Shown: positions 38,409-51,180 of the stretch, in pieces
Layout: each line of letters begins with the position of its first letter
Position numbering within the stretch: position 1 is the first letter of the stretch
Origin: Camelus dromedarius
Taxonomy: Eukaryota
Direction of reading: 5' to 3'
Assembly: GCF_036321535.1 (NCBI RefSeq)
Contig: NC_087437.1
Span: 51,028,001-51,092,000 of the forward strand
Length of the DNA stretch: 64,000 nucleotides
Made by a program: the position numbers and the translations under genes
Notes under the pieces: model-generated
Databases searched by the model: none
Seen by the model: only the letters and a program-made list of their open reading frames with translations
Told to the model about the DNA's origin: nothing

Positions 38409-40746
38409 TTTGTTTTGTGTAGACATTTTTGAAATGTCTATTTGGCTAACAGAGGGGAATAGATTCTCTTATTCAGATATTTAATAAAGGATCACTGGTT
38501 GTCTTATTTCCAGAGGGGAAAAATACTTTGTTTGAAATGAAAAATATAGAAAGGACAGGGCTAAAGAATTATAGAGTTGCTATTAACATTTAGGAACACG
38601 TGTCTGTATGGAAGCAGAAAATGAATGATTGTGCTGCTCCTCCCTGCCCCCCTGCCTTAAACCAGATGGGAAAAGTTGTCTTGAGTGAAAGCACAAAATT
38701 CAGTGGTTCAGATACGATTCAAACGCCATGAGGATCATAGAATTTTATATTGAGAAGGTACCCCACTTAGCAAATTTTCCAAGAACCTTATTTATGAGAT
38801 TTTATTCCCTCCCCTAAGAGTCGGCCATATCTCATAAGATGTGGTGTTTTCCTGGCAGGGTTCCAGGACTAGGTTCTAGAGATTCGAGGTCTTTGACATG
38901 AAACCTAAGAGCATTTACTAAGAATTTCTAGTGATTCTATTACATATTTTTTGTGTTTTTAATTATACAATTTTCTTTTAAAAATGATTTTTCTTTTGGG
39001 GTTTATTTCAAAGTATAGAACATTAAAAGGTTTTATTTTGTTTTTAATCTTTAATCACTTCAAAAACTCAGACTTACTTATGTTACTTGAATGGGTGTTG
39101 TGATAGAGGGTGATTTTACTTTCTTACAGTGTACATGAGGGGGAAATGTGTATTTTTTAAGTTTAAATTGACTGTTTACTTTTTATAATGAGGCTATTTC
39201 AGTGAGATAAAAATTTTAAATTAGAGGAACCAGCATTGCATATATTTCAGTGTTTGGATTTGGTCCCATGGTATGGAGAAAATCCTATTTCACAGACAAA
39301 TTATGAACAGTAACAGGTTTTTTGTTTTTGTTTTAACAGTTTACCATCTCAATATTCTTTTCAATTTCATTTGATTCAAAACCTTTAGAAGATTGGTAGG
39401 CCATTTTGTTTCAAAGTTGAACCTGACAATATCTAACGACTGCTCATAATTCCTTTTCATAAATCTCAAAGTCAGACAAGAAGAATCCAAAACTTACTAT
39501 TACATGGATCATTTGTTACACATTCCATTCAACTTATTACATCATGGTGAGAGCAGGCTCTGCAGATGTGCCTGGCCTTCGCTATCATATACCTGAATGT
39601 GGCACGTGTATCCTTCAGTATTGTTCTTGCTAGACAGAAGCAGACCTGAATTATTAAAAACGCTCAATACAAACCTCAGTCTTCCTAAGTGTGTTTATCG
39701 GGAGCTCAAATCTATGCCCAACAATAACAGGAAAGGCTTTATTACAAGGGCTGCATGAAATGTGAGTTACCTTGGCAGCATAAGTTAATTCATTGGGGTT
39801 TCTTCCTTACAACCCACCCACCTCCCCAGTTCTTCCCTTTTTTCCCTTCTATTCTCCCAGTTTTAGAGCAAAAGTCAGAAGAGAATTTTGCTTTCTCCCT
39901 TAGGTGTAGGTAAAACAAAATACTGTTTTTTTCAAGGAACTTCAACCTGTTTGGGGAGGAGCCACTGTTACTCTTGAGATTATTTGGGGTAAGGGGAGAA
40001 TATGAAAATTATGAAGTCCTTGAAATTGAATGAGTGAAGGTGATGCTGGGCTTGCTCATCTTTACAGATAATCTGATAAGACTCCTGGCAAACTGTAGAA
40101 GACAGGCGGTCACTGAGGAAACAGTATGGCACAGAAACAGATTGGAGATCTGCTAGGATGTATCTACTTCTGATTCCAGGTTTATCTTGAGAGTAGGAGT
40201 TGTTTTGTCTTGTCTATCCACATTAAGGAAAAAGGAATGAGGTTTACTGATTTTTAAGAAAATATTCTTTATGTAACTCCCCAAGATTTTTTTCAGGTTG
40301 TCTATAACTAGTAGCAGACAAAATGGAGAAGGCTAAAAGAACAATACCTTACTCTCACTTTTTATAAGCTTTCAAGCAGAAAATAATAGTTGGATTCAGG
40401 ACCTCTCCAAAAATACTCATTTTTATTCTAAATTAGAGCAGATAGGTAATGATTGTGAACAGACATTAAATGGCTTGATTTAGGATGGTTGTAAATGCTG
40501 AGGGTTTTTAGGACCTTTTTAAGCTTAGGGCTATTACACAAGACAACAGTTATAGGGAAAATATTCTCCTAGATCCGGAATTTACATATATATCATTATG
40601 TAATGAGTCTCTCCCAGCTGAATCTAGTGAGTCTTCCTCTGAGATGGGTGAAAGAACTGGACTAATAGCTGAGAGGCATTTATTTAATTTATTGTATATT
40701 TTTTTTTATTGGAGTATAATCAGTTTACAATGTTGTGTTGAGAGGC

Positions 40747-41266
40747 TTTTTTTTTTTGAGTTATAGTCATTTTACAATATTGTGTCAAATTCCAGCGTAG
40801 AGCATGATTTTTCAGTTATACATGAACATATATATATTCATTGTCACATTTTTTTTCGCTGTGAGCTACCATAAGATCTTGTATTTATTTCCCTGTGCTA
40901 TACTGTATAATCTTGTTTATATGTTCTACATTTTGAAATCCCAGTCTGTCCCTTCCCACCCCCTGCCCCCTTGGCAACCACAAGTTTGTATTCTATGTCT
41001 GAGTCTGTTTCTGTTTTGTATTTATGTTTTTTTTTTTTTTTCAGATTTCATATATGAGCAATCTCATATGGTATTTTTCTTTCTCTTTCTGGCTTACTTC
41101 ACTTAGAATGACATTCTCCAGGAGCATCCATGTTGCTGCAAGCAGCGTTATGTTGTCGGTTTTTATGGCTGAATAGCATTCCACTATATAAATATACCAC
41201 ACCTTCTTTATCCAGTCATCTGTTGATGGACATTTAGGCTGTTTCCATGTCTTGGCTATTGTAAAT
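40747..41266 (-). mobile_element. Young LINE-1 3' end, same subfamily as 11523-12265
   Basis: Reverse complement closely matches ~11620-12260 (ttgagttatagtca...tacatgaacata...gtgagctacca...); flanked by aggctttt. Confidence 0.85.
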
Positions 41267-41549
41267 AGGCTTTTAAATTGTTATTTCTGTTTTAAGTTTG
41301 AGTGAATAAAAATATTTTTGAGTTAACATTTTTATTTTCATTACTTTTATTTTAAAACTTTAAATTACCTTAATAAATACATATTGTGGGATTTTTTGCC
41401 TTTAATTAGGTAAATAATCTCCATCAGTGGTAGAACAGAAGTTTGGAAATCAGGGAGCTCTTCTTGTCTTTTCTGTGTCATAGATTAATGCTCTAAGGGG
41501 CAACTCATCTAACCTTCCTGGACCTGTTTTCTTATCTGCATGTTAGTAG

Positions 41550-42142
41550 ACCCTCACTGCCCAGTAAGGGAGCCACTAGCCACAGGTGGTTATTGAGCCT
41601 TTGAAATGTGGCTAGTCCAGATGGAGGTGTGCCCTAAGTGTAAAATGCACACCGGGTTTTAAGACTTAGTACAAAAATAAGAGTGTAAAATATCTTATTG
41701 CTAATGTGTTTACATTGATCATATCATTGGAATGATAATATTTGGGGTATGTTGATTAAATGTATTATTAAAACTAATTTCATCCATTTTTTTTTTCCTT
41801 TTTTTAATGTGGCTACTAGAAAATTTATAATTCTGTTTGTGGCTCATATTATGTTTCTTTTGGACAGTGCTGATCTGGACAGCATTTCCTAGACTGACAC
41901 ATGAAATATTAATAAGTGCTAAGTGAAACACAGTTTAGAAGAGGAACAGTATCTGGTGGAACTTTTTGCAGTGGTATAAATGTTCTGTATCTCTGCTGTC
42001 CAATTTAGTGGCTGTTGAGCACTTGAAATGTGGCTAGTGTTCTGAAATATAGGACAAGGAACTGAATTTTAAATTTTATTTAATTTTAATTCACTTTGAG
42101 TAGCCACATATGGCTAGTGGCTAATGTATTGGGACAGTGCAG
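41550..42142. mobile_element. MER3/MER33-like hAT elements (two)
   Basis: agccactagccac...ttgaaatgtggctagt...ggacagtgc motifs occur twice. Confidence 0.7.
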
Positions 42143-42765
42143 ATATAAAAATTTATGGGATAGTTTTATTCAGAAACTTGTATACCTGGGACTTCACCTA
42201 TTGCAAGCTTGTTAGTTTAATATAAATCTATGTTGTTTGTGTTTATTATGAATAATAATAAATGATCAGTAACGGTAATTTTTATTAAGTACCTGTTATG
42301 TAGCATGTACTATGTACATACCAGAGAAGATTTGTATAATAGGTTATTTACTGAGATATATTGTTCATATTCTGTAATATGCTTGATGCATCATGTATTC
42401 CAGGATACTCTGTGTACTTACCATGTTTTCATCAAAATCTGGCTTCTTTTCTTTTCTTATGAGGGCCCTCTGAAAGTCTGGCTCCTTTTTGAAAGTCTGA
42501 ACAATGTGCTGCCTTGTTAAAGGATTTTCTCTTGAAAGGGAAATCCTTGCTTTATAACAGATGATGATTTTTTTTTCAATAAACTTTTGAAGTTATGCTT
42601 TCGGCTTTAAAACGGATATGTATGTGTTTACACAGACTTGTAAGTATCAGTACTTATAATGTACTCATTCCTTTTGTACGTGTGTACACATATATGTATT
42701 GATATCAAGCAGTGTTATTAACTAATTAATGTGTTATTGCTTCACAGTGAAGAACGAATGTCATC

Positions 42766-42865
42766 ATGTCTGGAATCAAGCGAACAATCAAAGAAACCGA
42801 CCCTGATTATGAGGATGTATCTGTGGCCCTTCCAAATAAGCGGCATAAAGCAATTGAGAATTCAG
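42766..42865 (+). CDS. YEATS2: YEATS domain-containing protein 2, first coding exon (exon begins 42748)
   Basis: Acceptor ttgcttcacag ends at 42747; in-frame TGA at 42748; ATG with A at -3; MSGIKRTIKETDPDYEDVSVALPNKRHKAIENS; donor CAG|GTAGAA. Confidence 0.95.
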
Positions 42866-44969
42866 GTAGAAATTCACCTGCCTTTGGAAATTCTTTCTTT
42901 GTTGACATATACCTTCCTATAAGGTTTATAGGAATTAAAATGAAATCCATTTCTGCTATTGTGCATATTTGGAAGAGGTTTGTGAGAGGTATTAGCTAAG
43001 TGCTCTGTTTAACTGTAATACACTATGTGTAGCATAAAAGGCAGGAATACAATCAAGTAGACTATGAAAGTATCAGTAATGAGACAGGCTGTAAGTCTTG
43101 GCTATCACTGCATGTTAGGTATAACATAAAGTCTTAGCAGTGTGTGTACTACAGTGTGGTATCATGTGAAATGATTATGGGTGATACATGAATTAAGGTT
43201 TTTTAATTTTAATAGTTAATGTGTATAGAAAAGATAATGGTCTCATCAGACTTGTTTCATGGCTACTGCTTAAGATAAGGCTCACATTTAAAAGATGTTA
43301 TTTAATGGCATTAATCAGTTATTTCACATGGTTCTCAGATATGTTAGGTAACTTGAAGGTGGTATATGAATGATGGAAATTGGGGAAACATTGATCCCTG
43401 CACTTAGCTGTTAGTGGTTTAGTTAAGGTTTAGAGGCATTAAATTACTTGCCCAAGATCAAATAATTAGTTGAAGATCAGATCATCAGCTGTATCTGAAG
43501 TTATCCAGAATATTTTAAGTTGTCTGAAAAAAGGTGGCTAAATTTGAGTTTTTAAAACAAAATATTGCTAAGATTTATTACTATTTATTTATTTAAATAA
43601 TAAATCTGCCCGTGTTAATACTTACAGCCAGGTTAAAGAAGGCCTCATAGATAAGATGTTGCAGCTCCACAAAGATCAGGACCTCTAGAGGTTAAGTGGT
43701 AAAGAAAATTCCTATCTGTGTAAGTGCAGTCAAGTCTCACGTATTCCCAAAAGTCTGTATGGAAATTATCAAATCTGGTTCTAAAAAAAAAAAATTTCAC
43801 TGCAACTTTTCTTCCCCATTCAGTTGTAATCTTGTTTACAAGGAAACATCATTTTCTTTCAATAACAAGCCAAATAAATATGAAAATATAAAGCTTAAAT
43901 TCATTATTCAAATACATCATATGGCATATCTTTTTTGTAATAAAAATAAGAATAGGGAAAACTGATTGTTTTAGGAAACATAGTAATTTTGATTTAAATC
44001 TATCCTAAGTTCCCAAATACTCAGCCTAAGCAGGGACAGTTTTTAGTTACCAAGCAACAATTTGCCATTCTTTCTCTTGGTGTCCATTCTTTAATTGCAA
44101 ACCATACTTTTATTTTTCAGAATTTTTCTCCAAGTAGATTTGGTAGGATGCTTCCCTTTTCTTATATGGTTTTATTTTGCGTATTTTTATTTTTTCTTAT
44201 TCCATGAAAGAGATAATTTAGAATTGTTTCTTTCCGAGGAGCTTTTGATAAAATAGCCTCCAGTGATAAGTCTTTGACTTCTAGCCTCCCCTAAGATTAT
44301 CTGATGATTTCTGTGTACAGGGTTTACATATACAAGTAATACTCAGTAATACTCAGTATTATTTCCTCACATATGAGGAAAATTAGTCATTTGCTTCAAC
44401 TCAGGCATATCCACAAGAATGCTTATACCAGCACTAGTTTTAAATTGCCAATCTAATGGCATATTTTACATGGAGAAAATGACATGGATGATCAAAGGGT
44501 CCAGATTTTCTCTGCAATTTTTTATATCCTCCAAAACACGGATGGTGATTTTTTCACATTACAAACAATCGTTATGCAGAATCCCAGGTTTTTGACCAGT
44601 CATTCAACTCTTCTTTTTATTCTCTTGTAATCAAAGTACATTTCATATTCTGATATTTTTAACCCTTCAAGTTGCATATTACTTAGAGTAGTCATCATCT
44701 GAATTGAATTGCCTTCAGAAGCATTTTCTTTCCTTTTGAATTCTTTCTTTGCTCATTCCTTCAGGTACTTGTGATCAGAAATTGGTGAATTGCTTTGTTT
44801 GGTTCTTCTGGACAGAAGGAAACTTCTTGCCTTCTTATGAACTGCTTTTGTGTCATAGACTACCTCTCTCTCTAGCTAACTCTTTAGTTTTTCCTTGGGG
44901 TTATGGTTTTTCAGTAGTTACCACGTATTTCTCTGAGAATCTTCATGGGTTTCTTTTTCTTTTTTGGTA

Positions 44970-45655
44970 ATTTTATTTTGATATGATTTCAGAGAAATTG
45001 CAAGGAGTACCTGTATGTCTTTTATCCAGATTAATTCACCAGTTATTTACATTTTGCCTCATTAGATTTATCATTCTTCTACCCTACCCCCAAACACACA
45101 CACACACACTACACAAATGCATGTATGCACACAGATATATATCACATCATTTTTTCTAAATCATCAGAAAGTAAACTGGGCTGTAAACACTTGCGGGTTT
45201 CCTAAGGACAAATTTCTTATGTAACCCCAGTCAATTATCAGAAGCAGGAATTTTTAACATTTTATACATTATATTATCTAATCTGTGGTCCATATTCAAG
45301 TTTTACCAGTTGTCCCAGTATTTCATTTTATAGCTACTTCTCCCTCTCCAGGATCACACAGCACATTTGGTTGTCATATCTCTTTAGTTTCTTTTAATCG
45401 CCTCAACTTTTCTGTGTCTTTCTTGACTTTAATATTTGAATAATAGACCAGTTATTTTGTAGAATGTTTTTCAGTTTAGGTTTGTCTGATGTTCACTCTG
45501 ATTAGATTCAGCATTTTTTAGCAGGAATGCCACAGAGCGGTGGAGCTTGTCAATGCATTATATCAGAAAACGCGTAAGATCTCTCTGCATGAATATTAGT
45601 GATGTTAACTTTTTGTCATTGATTAAGGTGATGGCACTAGGTTTCTTCACAGAGT
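44970..45655 (-). mobile_element. L1MC-type 3' end
   Basis: gaccagttattttgtagaatg...ggtttgtctgatgtt...gcaggaatgccacag...gtgatgttaactt motifs. Confidence 0.65.
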
Positions 45656-45743
45656 TACTGTTCCTGGGTTTCTTTTGTTGCTTGCTGACTTGAATCAAGA
45701 CAGCAATAATTAGACCTTGGATTATTGTGTGTTCTTTGTGCAG

Positions 45744-45841
45744 CTCGAGATGCCGCTGTGCAGAAGATCGAGACTATTATCAAGGAGCAGTTTGCACTTG
45801 AAATGAAGAATAAAGAACATGAAATTGAGGTCATTGACCAG
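45744..45841 (+). CDS. YEATS2: YEATS2 coding exon 2 (98 nt)
   Basis: ttctttgtgcag| (A)RDAAVQKIETIIKEQFALEMKNKEHEIEVIDQ |gtataa; phase 1 to 0. Confidence 0.95.
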
Positions 45842-46347
45842 GTATAATGACCACAAATTAAAAAACAAACAAACAAAAACAAAGCTATTGAAACAAGTGT
45901 ATGTGATGAATTGAAAAAAATCTACTGGGACAGAATTATGGTGTATTTTTTGCCTTTGCTGTTTTTTTAAAAGGAGCATTCTTGTTTTTTGGAAGAAAAG
46001 GCACATGCTTTTTTTTTTTTCCTTTAAATGAAATTGCAGAAAAAGATGAAAAAAATTACCTGAAATTCTGTCCCAAAAGATAATTCCTCTTTGCTCTTAT
46101 GCACAATATCTTAATGAACATTTCTCAGTGAATATGCATATAGACATATAAATATATATATTAATATTTTTGTCATCCTTTTAAATGTTTTGCCAATCTG
46201 ATAGGTGGAAAATGGTCATTTTTATTTGTCTTTCTTTGATTAGTAAAGAAGTTGAGCTTTTTGGGGTCTTGCATTTCTTATTTATGAATTGTTTGTATAG
46301 TTCTGTCATTTCCATTTTTTAAAGTAATGGATTAATATTTATTTTAG

Positions 46348-46440
46348 CGACTGATTGAGGCAAGAAGGATGATGGATAAACTTCGTGCCTGCATTGTTGC
46401 AAACTACTATGCTTCTGCAGGACTTCTGAAAGTTTCTGAG
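46348..46440 (+). CDS. YEATS2: YEATS2 coding exon 3 (93 nt)
   Basis: tttattttag| RLIEARRMMDKLRACIVANYYASAGLLKVSE |gtaagt. Confidence 0.95.
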
Positions 46441-46864
46441 GTAAGTTTCCCTCATACACAGTCATTTCTGGCCACCTATGTTACGTGAGGGGAAATTAGT
46501 GTTGATGTGGAATCCCTGCCTTCAAAACATTTCTTACTGACTTTTAGAATTCAAGAAGCCTAGCCTACCTTCCTGGAAATATACATAAATTTATCATTGT
46601 ATTCAATCATAATCCTTAATCCTGAGTAACATTTTTTTCCTTTTTACTTAACTCTTCTCTAATTGTTAGCACTGTTGCTAGGCTTTGCAGATACAAAAAT
46701 TAGTGTGACCCTATTCCAACTTGCCTTATTCCTCTTCATTTGATTATGATTGGCTTTGGAGTAAATTGTAGATTGATTGATTTTTCTATGACTTTTTACT
46801 GTTAATGAATGGCAGTTTTTAGGTTCAGTAGATTTACCCCATTCAAGAAGCCCCGATTTCTGCC

Positions 46865-47560
46865 CCCTACTTTCTGTATAAGTTTTCAAATATACAGAAA
46901 AGGTGACTTTAGCACCTGTTTATGCATCACTTAGCTTCAACAGTTTTAACATTTTGCCATATTTGCTTTATCTAATTTTTCTCTAAAACATTAAAAAGTA
47001 CATTCTAAGCATCATGGCACTTCATCCCTAAATACCTAATCCTAAAGGACAGTCTTCTGTATAATCACAATACCTAAGAGAATAATTCCCTAATGCTATC
47101 TGATAACCAGTCCATATTCATATTTTCCCTGTTGTCCCCAAAATGTCTTTTAAAGCTGGTTTTTTTGAACCAGGATCCAATGAGGGTTCATGTGTTACAT
47201 TTGGCTGTTTTGTTTCTTTAGTCTCATTTTATCTAGAACATTGCTCCCACCTTTTTTCCCCTGTGATATTGACTTATTAGAAGAGACCAGACCATTTAAC
47301 TTGTGGAATGTTCCACATTTTGGATTTTTTCACCCTTGGGTTATTCCTTCATTCCATCTATTTTTCCATAAAATAGGAGCCAAGTCTAAAGAATTTGATT
47401 ATATTAAGGCAAGGTTAAATCTTTCTGGCGATAATACTTCGTAGGTGATGCTCTGTGCCTCATATTATATCACATTAAGAGAAATACCAGGTTGTGCTAC
47501 TGTTAGTGATACCAAGTTTAATCACTTGGTTAATGTGCTTGCCGCTAGATTGCTCCAGTT
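46865..47560 (-). mobile_element. Old L1M 3' end
   Basis: aaccaggatccaa...acatttggctg...gttagtgataccaagtttaatcacttggtt motifs. Confidence 0.55.
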
Positions 47561-47909
47561 ATAAAGGATGGGGATAAGATTGAACTGATACAGAAGTATT
47601 TCTTCTTTGACACTTTGATAATTTCAGCATAAGTTTTGTTTGTTTTTTTCTTTTTTTATGAGTTTTTTCCAGTTAAAATTAGATGGCACTGGCTCAGTGA
47701 AAATAGTGGAAAGGCTAGGGGGAGCTTGGTAACATACTGCTTGGCATGGTTTTTGCAGATGAGAGGTACCTGTCGTGTAGGCTTTCTTGTCATCCCGTGG
47801 AGCTTTAGGGTATCTGGTATTGGAAGTACCCCTGAAGCATTATATGAGTTTAATCTTAGATGGTAGATAGTTGTTTCTTCTACTGCAGGAGTTTCCATAT
47901 TACATTTTA

Positions 47910-48360
47910 GAGTCTGAACTACTTTTCCAGAGCTACCATAACAAATTACCACAAGCTCGGTGGCTTAAACAGCAGAAATTTATTATCTCATGATTCTGGA
48001 GGCTGACAGTCCAAAGTCAAGATGTTGGCTGGGCCATGCTCCCTATGAAGACTCTAGGGAAGAATTCTTTGTTTTTCCGTAGTTTCCGGTGGTTGCTAGC
48101 AGTACTTGGCATTCCTTGGCTTGTAGCTGCATCACTTCAGTCTCTGCCTTTAACTTCACATTAACTTTTCCCTCTGTGTGTCTTCTCTGTTTCTTTCTGT
48201 ATCCAAGTTTCCCTCTTTTAAGAACCCTAGTCATCGGAGTAGGCCTACCCAAATCCAATATGACATCATCTTAACTTGATTACATCTGAAAAGACTATTT
48301 CCAAATAAAGTCACATTCCAGGTTCTAGGTGGACATGAATTTTTGAGAGATTTAACCCAG
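47910..48360. mobile_element. MaLR LTR (MLT1-family)
   Basis: ccataacaaattaccacaa...ggcttaaacagcagaaatttatt...ttccaaataaagtcacattc. Confidence 0.8.
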
Positions 48361-49324
48361 GGCAGATTCTAATGTCCTCTGTTATATGGCTTGCTGTTGA
48401 ATTAAAAAAGATAGACATCACAAGCTGGCAGCTGCATGACATAGGACTATAGCTGCTCTGTTTGAAGAGCTGGTTATTCATTTAATGTTTTGTTACCCCT
48501 CCCTTTTTTAAACCATAAGCCGTCCCCCTCCCCCACTTTTTAACCATTAGTAGTACTGAACTGTTTCATTTGATAGCCTAGAAATACACTGATTTTTATC
48601 CTGTTATATTCTGATTATGATTTATTCAAGGATAGTTAGGTATATTTTTGTCTATTATGATCTGCCGTTTAATTATTTTTAGTTTGCTCTAATATAATAT
48701 ATTTATAGCTCTAAAATAAACCTTTATTATTGAAATAGAACAACTTTGTTGCTTTGACTCTGAAACACTAATCTCTGGCCCCCATTTACTCGCTTGTTTA
48801 ATCATTAGCACAATTTCTGAAAGCTGGACTTTCTAGGAATGTAACTACAGTGTATTACATTATAACAGAACATGCTGTATTTTATATGCAAATAACAAGA
48901 TACAGAAAAATAGGCTGGCTTTAGTACTGGACTTAGGGCAAACTTTACATAGCAATATTAATCATTTTAAAGCATTCTATGCTATATTTTACTTCTATGT
49001 GGGAGCCATTTTATATACACTTTTTAAAATTATATTTCTTACGGGAATGTTTTATTTAGAGCAGTTGATGTGTTTGTGTCAAGCAATGTGAGACTTTTTT
49101 TTAAGTCAAATCTGACTTTTCATATGTTATTATATATTTATCTTTAAATTTATCTTCTGAGGACTTGCATCTTTAGCTTTTAATGTTAGGACCTTGCGTA
49201 ATTATTTATCATTCTCTAGTTTTTTGTTGATTTGGATTACATTAAGGAGTTTGGACTTCATTTTATGGGTGTGGGGAGATTTTGAAGGGTTTTAAGCAAG
49301 TTTGTTTTGCTTTCATTTTTGCAG

Positions 49325-49570
49325 GGATCGAAGACATGTGATACAATGGTTTTTAATCATCCTGCTATCAAGAAATTTTTAGAATCACCATCTAGGTCAT
49401 CATCTCCTGCCAATCAGAGATCAGAAACACCATCGGCCAATCATTCAGAAAGTGACTCTTTATCTCAACACAATGACTTCTTATCTGACAAAGACACTAA
49501 CAGCAATATGGACATAGAAGAAAGACTCTCAAGCAACATGGAGCAGAGACCAAGCCGAAATCCTGGAAGG
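49325..49570 (+). CDS. YEATS2: YEATS2 coding exon 4 (246 nt)
   Basis: tcatttttgcag| GSKTCDTMVFNHPAIKKFLESPSRSSSP...MEQRPSRNPGR |gtatag. Confidence 0.95.
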
Positions 49571-49624
49571 GTATAGTTAGATGGATGGGAGGGAGCCACA
49601 GGAGAAGGGAACCAGTATTTATTA

Positions 49625-49810
49625 AGTATGCACATATTAGCTCATTTAACCATCATATGAACCCTGGGAAATAAGTTAATTGTATCCATTTTAGAGATGG
49701 GGAAACTGAGTCTCAGTGAAGTTAGTTATGTTTGTCCACAAGTATCAGAAGTGAGAATTAAACTTAAAAATCTTTCTGATTTTAGAATTCAAGGCTCTTG
49801 CGCACTGCAC
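49625..49810 (-). mobile_element. MIR
   Basis: ccattttagagatggggaaactgagtctcag MIR core. Confidence 0.75.
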
Positions 49811-50449
49811 AACTCATAGATGCCATTCACGTAGATGTGAAAAGAAACCTTGAGGAGTTGCCAGTGCTGTGACCTTGCCCAAGGTCTTTCCACTGTGTCA
49901 TGTTTATTCTCTCAAGAGCAGTGGCTCTTCAGTAGTTTCATCTTTGATACATTATATTCTAAAATGCTTTAATAACTGGAGGAGATTAGAAAAATAAGTA
50001 GAATTGAAAACTGTTTATTGCTCTTTGATCCTGTCAGTTTGTTATTTGAATTCCCATCTTGAGCTGCTCTGAACTTCTTGGTATAGTATTTGGCTATAGA
50101 TTCCTTACTGAATGAGACCAGTGGTTTTTCTCAGCTAGATATTCTGTGATAGAGGAAATTTCCAGGCTGTTTTCCACATGCTCAGACATCAAGGATTTGA
50201 TTTATTTTTGATAACATTAAAAAATATTTTCTGATTACAAATTCATATATGTTCAAATGCATTTTCTGCAGTTCATTAAACTGCAGAAAAGTAAAAGAGA
50301 ATAGAAAAATCATTCAAGTCTCCTTCCAGTATAGTTTCTGGGGAAATACTGCATATGTTTTTATTGTTTTAATTAAAACAAATATAGGTCACACTAGATA
50401 TAAGATTTAGAAACCTACCATCTTTTATGTAATATTCACGTTCATGTTT

Positions 50450-50660
50450 ATATAACAAATATTTAGTGTTTACTGTGTACCAGGCATTTTTCTAAGAACT
50501 ATACAAAACAGTCATCTGAGATAGATACTATTATCATCCTTATTTTATTGGTGAGAAAGTTGAGACAGAGAAGTTAAGTAATTACTCAGAATTACACATC
50601 TAGTAAATGTAAGAGCCAAGGCTTAAACACTAGCAGTCTGTTTCTATAGTCAAACTTTAA
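50450..50660 (-). mobile_element. MIR
   Basis: tattatcatccttattttattggtgagaaagttgagacagagaagttaagtaatt. Confidence 0.65.
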
Positions 50661-51067
50661 ATTAGCCATTATTTTATATTACTTCTTATTGAAAAATTTA
50701 TAATAATATAGAAGGCTGGAGAGGAAGTAAATTCCATTGAGTCCTTGCCCCATTCCCATTTCCCAGAGGTAACCACTGTAGTAGTTTCTTGTGTATCCTT
50801 CCACATCCTATTTGCATATATGAAGCAGCTGTGTGTGACTATTAAAAACACACAAACATATGTGGAAGTACAGTATACAGACTTTTACTGTAAACTAATG
50901 CAAAAATTATAGTAAAATTATTCTTTCATGCTGAGAGATGCCACAATGCCAGAGATTTGGTAAAAAATAGTTCTGAGTTACTCCATTCGTATCATGTGAT
51001 TTTGTGTTTTCTGCCTATTGAAAATTGTCCAAATTGAAAAGGAAAATTGATTATGATTTTTTTCCAG

Positions 51068-51180
51068 GACACTTCTAGTATTACTGGCTCCAAAACAGAG
51101 CAGCGGAATGCTGATCTTACAGGAGATGAGACTTCACGACTTTTTGTAAAGAAAACAATAGTAGTGGGCAATGTGTCCAA
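51068..51180 (+). CDS. YEATS2: YEATS2 coding exon 5 (113 nt), start of YEATS domain
   Basis: ttttttccag| DTSSITGSKTEQRNADLTGDETSRLFVKKTIVVGNVS(K) |gtgagt; phase 0 to 2. Confidence 0.95.

Noticed and set aside
39078..39125. Additional minus-strand exon ending at gtaagt (39077)
   Set aside because: No good acceptor, and the phase-compatible frame has two stops; left out of the relic model
26543..42747. TTTTA/TTTCA pentanucleotide expansion like the human YEATS2 intron-1 familial myoclonic epilepsy locus
   Set aside because: No long pentamer array seen; this non-primate sequence has no Alu
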